DNA of 64,000 bases from Trypanosoma brucei (taxonomy: Eukaryota). The stretch is from positions 160,001 to 224,000 of the forward strand of contig CM000208.1 of NCBI GenBank assembly GCA_000002445.1. Reading direction: 5' to 3'. The notes below the pieces were generated by a model. It searched no databases. It was not told where the DNA came from and saw only the letters and a list, made by a program, of their open reading frames with translations. Of the stretch, positions 51,624-60,400 are shown piece after piece (position 1 is the stretch's first letter; the number at the start of each line of letters is the position of its first letter). The position numbers were made by a program, and so were the translations under genes.

Positions 51624-52661
51624 ATGGAGTCCCCTGTGGAAATGTACCGATCCCACTGCCAAGCTGTTGGGGTGGCAATGAACAGTGCGTTGCTAAGGGG
51701 GCTGCCGGAAACCACTGAGAAATTGAGGAACATGAAAGTAATGCATTTTGGGCGAAATTTTCTCGGTGACCGGGGTATCCTCCCGTTACTTCCTGTAATA
51801 AAGCAGGCCAAATCTTTGCACACTCTTGATTTGCGTAATAATGGGATAGGGAACGAGGGGGTGAAGGCACTTTGTCGCCAACTCCGTGATCATCCCTCAC
51901 TGAGGGTTCTGGAATTGGGTGGGAATCCCTTTACGTACCTGGCGGCGCGGCAACTCACATATTTGTGTGAATACAACGACAGAATTACTTTTATTGGCGT
52001 TGACGACACCCTCATGACGGAACCACTTCGCCAGAGCATAGTTCACCGCATGCAAGCAACAATGAAGCGTCGGGAGAATCGGAGGCAGAGGAAGCAGGCT
52101 TCACCTAATGTAATAGACAATGAGGAAAATACCACTGAAGAAGTCACCGCTACTGGAGACACCGAATATATCGACGACGCTGCAGTAGCTATGGGGGTTT
52201 TTGTTTCAGAGGATCCACTGGCAACACCTCTGCAACCGGTTGAAGTGGTAACGGAGGCTTGTGTGCAACTCATTAGTCCACCAGCCAACACCCCATCGGT
52301 CAAATCAGAAAAAGTTGCTGAGATGACGGGAGATGAAATGATATCCGGTCCCTCACCATCATCCTCTTCAGTTACTCCCCCATCCACAGGAGCCGCCGCT
52401 TCTTCAACCTCCGACTCTCGGGAGACAACACAAGCCAATGAAGACGAAGTGGGAGAACCTGCTGAGGTTTTCTCCGATGAGGAACAAAATAAAGTGGCGG
52501 CAGTAGAGGAAACCGACGAGACGAGTGACGTGTCGGTGCATAGTGCAGGGGAGGAGTTAAGCGGAAGTATGGTAGATGATGATGTGCAGAGCGAAAGCAG
52601 TGTGACGAGGAGTGACGCAACGGAGCCGCAAGAAGATAGCATTGTGGAAGACGAAGATTAA
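51624..52661 (+). CDS. Leucine-rich repeat (RNI-like) protein with a hyper-acidic S/T/E/D-rich C-terminal tail.
   Basis: LRNMKVMHFGRNFLGDRGILPLLPVIKQAKSLHTLDLRNNGIGNEGVKALCRQLRDHPSLRVLELGGNPF are LRR units of the ribonuclease-inhibitor type. The tail is SSSSVTPPSTGAAASSTSDSRETTQANEDEVGEPAEVFSDEE.... The track start 51555 is TTG; the first ATG is at +69. Confidence 0.7.
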   Translation: MESPVEMYRSHCQAVGVAMNSALLRGLPETTEKLRNMKVMHFGRNFLGDRGILPLLPVIKQAKSLHTLDLRNNGIGNEGVKALCRQLRDHPSLRVLELGGNPFTYLAARQLTYLCEYNDRITFIGVDDTLMTEPLRQSIVHRMQATMKRRENRRQRKQASPNVIDNEENTTEEVTATGDTEYIDDAAVAMGVFVSEDPLATPLQPVEVVTEACVQLISPPANTPSVKSEKVAEMTGDEMISGPSPSSSSVTPPSTGAAASSTSDSRETTQANEDEVGEPAEVFSDEEQNKVAAVEETDETSDVSVHSAGEELSGSMVDDDVQSESSVTRSDATEPQEDSIVEDED

Positions 52662-54353
52662 TATTATTCAAGCGAATATCTTTGCATGTGGTACGAAATG
52701 AGAAGTAAAGAGAAGAGAAAAAGAGGGGAGAAAGAGAGAGAAACTCAGGAAATGCGGAATGTGGGGTATCTGTCGTGTAAATATTGTTTTTGCGCCCACC
52801 GCAAACAAAAGTGTTCTTTTTTTTTTTCATTCGAGGTCCGACAAAGCGTTCAAAGATAGTTGAGGCTATGAACATCAGCAACTATGTGGCTGTACTTGAC
52901 CGTATGAAGTAAAACCTACACCTTGGGAATACGTCCATTTGTGTTACATATAATTGCTTGGCACCGTCAGTGCAATCGTATGTGATGCGTGGGGTTAATC
53001 GTTTCGTTCCAGGCACTCTTTCTTTTCGTCATTTGATGTTGTTTTTTTTTTTGTGTGTGTTTTTTGTGTTGTTCCTTGTTTCATATTTCTTTATTGCATG
53101 ACTGCATGGGCGTAAGGAAAAGGTGAGGGAGAGGCAACCCTTGTTATTTTAATTTTCTTCCGTCCTCGTTACCCGCCCCTCCAAATAAAACAGTTGAGCG
53201 CAAATTCACACAAACTCACATACACATACACGTGCATATGCATATATGTATCATTACACTATTCATCTCTTTTCCCTTCTATTTCTCTCTTAAACTTTTT
53301 TTTTTCCTTTTTCGATTGTATTCGGCTTCTCATTTACTCCATTGTGTGCCTTCCTCTCTCTCTCTCTCTGTTTTTTTTTCATTTTTATGTTCTGTGGTGT
53401 CCTTCATTTTCCCCCACAGTGAGGAGTGTTTGTTGTTGTTGTTGTTTCCCTTTTTTTGTTCCATCTTATTATTTCCTGTCCCCTTCTGCCACTTCTCATA
53501 TCATTTTTTTTTGTCCACAACCACATGCCACTATTGTGTGTAATGAACTGAAGAATAAAAGAAATGGGATGAAAACGGGGGGAAAAACCTTTTAAAAAAA
53601 GGAGAAGAGGAGAAAAAGAGAAGAAGAAAAGAAAAGATAAGATAAGAGAAGAGAAGAGAGAAGGTAAAAAGAAAGAATGGGAAGGGAAAAGGGAAGGAAA
53701 TGTGGACAAAAAAAACGGGTTGGGTGTGGAGTGAGTGAAAGCGTCAGATGTACTAAATAAATGGTATTTATTTTAGTGATGCCTTTACTGTTCTATTTAT
53801 TAGATTTGACGAAGCTTTCGCGATTATTATTATTATTGTTGTTGTTGCTACTGTTCTCAATTTTTTTTTTCTTACTTTCCTCTCTTCTTCTTTTCTTTTC
53901 ATATCCTATTTGGTGCCGTCACTGCCTTTTCTCTTTTTTTTTTTCTGAGCTGTGAATTTTTTGCTCAACCTCGAAAGAAATAGATTGAAAAGAAGAAATA
54001 CTGGTTGCAGTTCCTGTATTCCATTGGTTATTTTCATAATCTTGTTTGGGTACGTGTACAAATAAATAAAAAGTAAAGCCACTTAAAAACAAAAATATTG
54101 TTTTGTTGAGGTGGTTCACCCAAGTGTCAACACCTTTTAGGAAGAAGTAGCAAAAGAGGAAACAAATTAAAACAGCGAGAAGGGAAATCAAACAAGCCAA
54201 AGGAGAAATTAAAAGGCATTTATCAACTTGCGACTGCACATCTACTCGTGTTTATAAGAGTTGTAGTAGCAGGAACAAGAACAAGCAAAGAGGAAACCTA
54301 TTTATTTAATTTCATTTTTGTTACCTTCTTTCATTAAAAAAGAGTTTCAAGCC

Positions 54354-55136
54354 ATGGCGGACCTTTCCGATAATAAGTTTGCCTACCTCAAAGACAAAAA
54401 TATACCACAACTCATGGAGTATATTCTACAGAAACTCGTCACGGACCTTCCTGAAAATCCAATGCATTATATTGGGGAACTGATGGAAGAACCCGTTCCA
54501 CCGAGGATTATTGTCGCCGGCCCACCCGGCAGCGGCAAAGGGACGCAATGCGAAGCCATTGCAGAGAAGTTTGGTGTTGTACATATTTCTACTGGAGATT
54601 TAATTCGGGAAGAAGCAACAGCGGATACGGAGGAAGGCAGAGAGTTGGCGCAGTTGATGGAAGAAGGCGATTTAGTCCCTGACGAATTCATCTCTCAGTT
54701 GGTTTACCGCCGCCTTCAAAAAGACGACGCGAAGCGGTTTGGTTGGCTGCTTGATGGTTTCCCCCGCTCCAAACAACAGGCGATGGAATTGGATACATGG
54801 ATGTGCCCTCCACATCTCTTCATTTTGTTGGATGTAGCGGATGAAGAAGTTTTCAAACGCATTGAACACCGTCGTGCCGATCCCGTGACGGGGAATGTGT
54901 ATCATTTAATATTTAACCCACCCCCAAAGTCTGATAAAGAATTATGGAATCGCCTCGTGCAGCGGACAGATGACCATCGCGACACGGTGGCGAAACGGTT
55001 GGAAGTATATCGCGAGGAAATAAGTTGGTTGATGGGACACTACGGTGGTATAACCGAAGTTGTGGATGGGAATCAGGGCATCAGAGCCGTTACAGCGGAT
55101 GTACTGAAAACAGTGGAGAGCCGGCTGTTGCGTTGA
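54354..55136 (+). CDS. Adenylate kinase with an N-terminal DPY-30/RIIa-like docking extension; probably flagellar-targeted.
   Basis: P-loop IIVAGPPGSGKGTQCEAIAEKFGVVHISTGDLIREE, NMP-binding and LID regions (GWLLDGFPRS, RRADPVTGNVYH) are present. The N-terminal KFAYLKDKNIPQLMEYILQKLVTDLPENPMHYIGELM fits the Dpy-30 motif. The track start 54318 is TTG; the first ATG is at +36. Confidence 0.88.
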   Translation: MADLSDNKFAYLKDKNIPQLMEYILQKLVTDLPENPMHYIGELMEEPVPPRIIVAGPPGSGKGTQCEAIAEKFGVVHISTGDLIREEATADTEEGRELAQLMEEGDLVPDEFISQLVYRRLQKDDAKRFGWLLDGFPRSKQQAMELDTWMCPPHLFILLDVADEEVFKRIEHRRADPVTGNVYHLIFNPPPKSDKELWNRLVQRTDDHRDTVAKRLEVYREEISWLMGHYGGITEVVDGNQGIRAVTADVLKTVESRLLR

Positions 55137-56093
55137 AGACAAGAGGAAACATTTTTTTTTTTTCTTGTTCCACTTCTTGTTTTCTTTTCCTTTCTTTTCT
55201 GTTCGTTTTTTTCTTTGTTTTTGAAGACGCCGGTGTTTCATGTTCTGAGTCCGCTGTTTGTCTCGTTCATTGCCATTCCATTCTCCCTCCCTTCGTCCCT
55301 TAGCGTTGCGTATCGTGATTGGAAGAACAGCGAAATGTAGTTTTATGCGCTATTCTCAAATGATGGCAATATATTGAGCTGTAAACTCATTCCATTTTTT
55401 ATTGGTGTTTCTGTTTCCCTCCACCTTTTGCCTCCTAACACAAACTATCACGCAAACACAAATATCCGCCAGTTTATACATGGATGTGTATCTTCTTTCC
55501 GCTCTAGGACATGGAAGTGCGAGTTGGGTTTCGTGACTATGAAATATATATATATATGAATTGGGTTTGTGATTGTTTTCATTCTTCTTCTTCTGTTTTT
55601 TGAGGAGTGAAAGAGGTGGGGAAGAGAGACCTGTAAAAATAAGGAGTTGCAGCTCGTATTTTTGTGTAATTTACCCTCTTGGGCGCGTATTTCTATCATT
55701 ATGAATCAATGTATATTTGCGTGAAAACATGTATGAAGAAAGTTATTTGTGCGTGTAGAACTATGTTAGACTCTCCCTTCCATATCCACACTTCACGACG
55801 AACGCACACGCACCCACTCATATTTATATCAACACATATATTTCATGCGCGTGCACATATGCACTCGCTTAAAGCAGGTATGTGATGAAAGACAGGGGAA
55901 GAGTGAGAAAAAAAAATTATGTCAATGTGCTGCACACCAGACTTTTTTCCCCCTCTTTTTTAACAAAAAAAATTGAAAAATGAAGGGAGAGAGACTGAGC
56001 CAATACCAAACCCCCGATGCATATGCAACTTCATATCTCTTTACCTCTTTTCTTGTTTCTTTCCCGTTGATTTCCCTCCATTTTTCACATTTT

Positions 56094-56096
<3 letters not shown>

Positions 56097-56130
<34 letters not shown>
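56097..56130. repeat. (TA)16 microsatellite.
   Basis: atatatatatatatatatatatatatatatattttt. Confidence 0.85.
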
Positions 56131-57112
56131 TCGAACCTTCGTGTTGATCGGTGCTGTTCTTTTGTGTGCGTCCATGTGTGTCTGAAGTTGTTGATAGTGT
56201 GTTGGATCTCTGTAGTGACGAGAGTCCGTTATGTAATTACCGTTATTGTTTTTCGCTTTGTAGGATTTTTCTACCTGACAGTTGCGGTTGGAGGTAGATT
56301 AAACACAAATTTATGCAACCAACCCCATTTCAAAACATTTCCTGCATTACTTTGTTCTCTTTTTCTGGTCGTTTTGTTATGCTTTGTTTTAGTGGTTATG
56401 GTCCTACGGTTTGTTTGGTTCGCATTTAGTGTCTCCGACGGACTATCTTGGTGTTTATTGCAGGTAACTTTATGTATTTATGTATAATTGGCTTCCAGCA
56501 TTTTTTTCTTTTCTTCTTCCCCCCCCCTTCATCTTTCTCTCTCTTTTTGGTGCGTTTGACTTATTCTGCGCTTTCAGTTTCCCATGTTGTGAATGTATGA
56601 CATAATATATATTTCATGCCGGCCTTTCCCTCCATTTTTCTTCTTTGCTTTCCCCTTCTTTGATTTGCTTTGTGACCAAAACAATGTTGCCCCGGTGAGT
56701 TTCTGTTTTGTTTCGCTTTAGGCATCTAATATTCACTGAATTTTTCTTCAGTCTCCGCGGCATTTAACTCGATAACACACTGCTTCTAAGCGGTCCACCT
56801 GAAGTGTAGGGGAGAGGGGATAATTTTTTCCTTGAAAGAAAAGGACGCAAATACGTTTGTACGCATCTAAGTATATAAATATAAACACTTATTTATACAG
56901 CAAAAGGAAGAAGTCACCACGTGCATTATTATCTGTAGAAGTGAATAGTAGAGTTCAACATTTTGGACACATTTTTTTTTTTGTGACACTTTGTCACTTA
57001 AACCCATCGACACTTAGTCGTTGATAATAGTGAATTTCGGTGTCTGTTGTGGCTCCGGTTCCCTTCACCGCCATATTTTCTCCACTCAGGTGAATCATTA
57101 AAAAAAAAATCG

Positions 57113-57150
<38 letters not shown>

Positions 57151-57152
57151 CA
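57113..57152. repeat. (GT)n microsatellite of about 18 units, upstream of the giant coiled-coil gene.
   Basis: gtgtgtgcgtgtgtgtgtgtgtgtgtgtgtgtgtgtgtgc. Confidence 0.85.
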
Positions 57153-57407
57153 AACGCGCGTGAAGAATCCACACAGAACACCACAGGAGGGGGAAGGGGC
57201 TGAACGCATTTCTCCTTTCTTTACCAGGGAAATAAAACGGCGAGGATAGAAACACGCGGGCATACTTTTTCCTTGAACGGTGGCTTTTGAGTGTTTGAGA
57301 ACTGGGCACTGCACCCCGTTGAAAGTATTTTAACCTTGGTGTATATATATATATATATATTTTAGTGCCGGTGCTGCGAGCGACTCACATCAAAAGTTGT
57401 TTGAAAA

Positions 57408-60400
57408 ATGATTGGCACTCGGCGAAGTACTAAAAGCACCTCCTTTCAGCACCTGTACGGGTCACAAAACCGCACGCTGCGAGGTGCAAATGGTCAAAAG
57501 GGATTTTCCCATCAGCGGAATGGCACGGCTCGTGAGGAGCAGCAGTCAACCAAACCTCCAGGGCCACGTAACTCCGTTTTGATCAATCGTGTGGTTGATG
57601 TGTTGCCGCTGTTTAGCATCAACGGCACCGTTAGGTATATTGAGGCCGTAGGGGGACGTAGTGCGTGGACTGCAGAGGCGGATGGGTGCATTCGCGTGAG
57701 GAGTGTACCAAAGGGAACGGAAGTGCGAACACTGGAAGGAAGGGAAGGATGTTTCTGCACGTGCATATTATATGTAGAGTCAACGAATGCCATGTGGACA
57801 ACCTTCAGCGATGGCTTCATTCGCGTTTTCGACTTCAATACCCATGCGCTGCTCTCTGAGTTCATTAAACATGACAAAGCTATTGAATGTATATGGGAGG
57901 TGGAGGGATATGTATTTACGGGTGGTCGTGACTGGCAAATATATCAATGGAAGCCGGACACTTACGTCTGCGAACGACGACTCTCCGGTCACAATAATAC
58001 TGTTCGGTGCCTCTGCCAGTACGCTGGGGATACCGGAGCTGTCCTCTTCTCTGGAAGCGATGATGGCACTGTACGGGCGTGGGATCCATACCTTCCCGCG
58101 CGGAAAGGTAAGGACGGGGGCCCTATGATGCATATTTTTACTGGACACACACAGGGCGTGCTTTCTCTAGAACTTGTAACAGTCAGCAATCAGTTATGGT
58201 CTGGGGGCGAGGACACCACCATACGTGTTTACGACCTTCAAACGCTTGGGTGTGTTAGTGTGCTAAAGCACCACAGAGCACCCGTGAGTTCCATCAAGTT
58301 GATAGGAATTCGTGTGTGGAGTGCTGACAAGTATGGAAAGACGCTCTTGTGGGACCCCAAGACGTTAACACCACTGAAAGACCTCACCACTCATATGGCT
58401 ACCGACCCCGGTTCGATGCTCAGCATTTGTAAGGTGAAGCAACTGGTGTCATGGAAAGTATGGACTGCCTGTTCTGGGGGGAAGATTTATTGTTGGAATG
58501 CAGATTCTATTCCTATAGCGTTTGATGGTCCCACAGCCGGCAAGGACGCTGTTGATGTTAGCGATGCGGTGCAGCTGCTTACAGAAAATAAAGGCTTGCG
58601 AGGCGAAATAGAAAAGTTGAGGAGGCAGCTGATGGGTGAGGCCGAGGATGGGGGGTCTTCGGCAAACAGAGGGTCTGCGAGTGTGTCACCATCAAGAGCC
58701 AAAAGTGTTCCTTCTCATCCGCGGCACCATGAGTCCAAAATGGGACGAGGAACCTCCCCGTCGGCAACTCCACCGGGGAAAAGGCGGTCTCCCCCTGCGT
58801 TTTCTGCTGAATACGCCAACGATACTCCTATTCACGAGAGAGCAAACACGGCCTCCAGGGAGGGTGATGATGCACGAGGTTGCACGACATGTCATGAGAG
58901 ATTTTTCTATGGTGATGCATGGGAATTTATCTTCAGGCAAGACACGGAAGAGCTGTGCGCAGTGATCCGTCATGAAGTTGCTACTGTCCTCGGCATTCCG
59001 GCCGATCAGGTGCAAATCACCCAAATGGAACTTGGCAGTGCTGGCCAGGGGTGTGTTGTGAAGCTGAATATACAGCACAGTGCGAGTTTGCCTCCTTCAG
59101 AAATTGATACTATGCTAAGCAATTATCCATTTATTGATGTCTATGAGTTGTATGGTCGTTACCTCGCGAAGAAGTACGGGGACCCTAACGAAGTGCATGT
59201 TTCAGAGAGTGGAAGTGGGACGTTGGGTGGGCAGGTGCACCGGTCCCTGTGCGTTGACGACAGCAGAGGGGAGGAGGAGATGGCAAATGGTTACGACGAC
59301 CCTACGCCACTCCAAAATATGATCAACACGTTATTGAAGGAGAACGAAGAACTGCGGGGCCAGTTAATGCCAAAGGCGGAGACACCACCAGACGAAAACA
59401 ATGCTGAGGTTCGGACAGCGTTAACTAACTACGAAGAAGAGAGGATGAAGCCCCGGATTGCACAACTTGAGAAGGCTCTTGCCGAGAGAGATGAAACGCT
59501 TCACAGAAAGGATGAACGGATAAGGCAATTGGAGAGGGAACTTGAGGCAACCAAGTCCGATACCGGTATGAAGGAAGTCATGAAAGACCTGCGCAAAAGA
59601 GAGAAGAAACTGTTGACTGAAGTTGAAGCACTCACATCTCAGGTGGAGGCAATGGAAGAAGATAAGAGGAGAGCGGAAGACGATGCCAGCTTCTACCGAA
59701 GGGAAAATGAGTTGTTACGCAATCGTATCTCTGCAATGAATGAACAAATGGCAAAGGCATCAGGTTCTGAAGCAGAGGAAATGCAAAAGGTATTGACGAG
59801 TTATGAGGAAGAAAATGTAAAACCGAGGATAGCGCGACTTGAGGAGGTCATCGCAGAGAAGGATGAAAACCTTCAGTCACGGGACGAGAAGATAAAGAAG
59901 CTCGAAGATGAACTTGAGGCGGCAAAACAGGAAGCGAAATTTGCATCGGGGGAAAGTGTGAAGAGTAACGGCAAAGCAGGGAGTGAAACGGAAACATCGC
60001 TCTTAACGGAGGTGCAGGTGCTTAGAGACCAGGTGGAGGCAATGGAAGAAGATAAGAGGAGAGTGGAAGACGATGCCAGCTTCTACCGAAGGGAAAATGA
60101 GTTGTTACGCAATCGTATCTCTGCAATGAATGAACAAATGGCAAAGGCATCAGGTTCTGAAGCAGAGGAAATGCAAAAGGTATTGACGAGTTATGAGGAA
60201 GAAAATGTAAAACCGAGGATAGCGCGACTTGAGGAAGCGGTTTCTCAGAGGGACGAGGTTCTTCGTTCACAAGATGAACGGATAAAGGAGCTGACGAGAG
60301 AAATTGAAGAAAATCGGAGAGAAGACAAGAAGGGTTCCTACCACGTTACAGACGAGGCTGTTGTAGCGTCCAAGGAGGAAGTTCAGGCACTGAAGAATCA

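Noticed and set aside
56164-56487. A 107-aa hydrophobic ORF in the 2.3-kb spacer before the giant coiled-coil gene.
   Set aside because: It is T-rich and translated mainly as F/L/V/C. It has no motif and overlaps polypyrimidine tracts, so a chance ORF is more likely.
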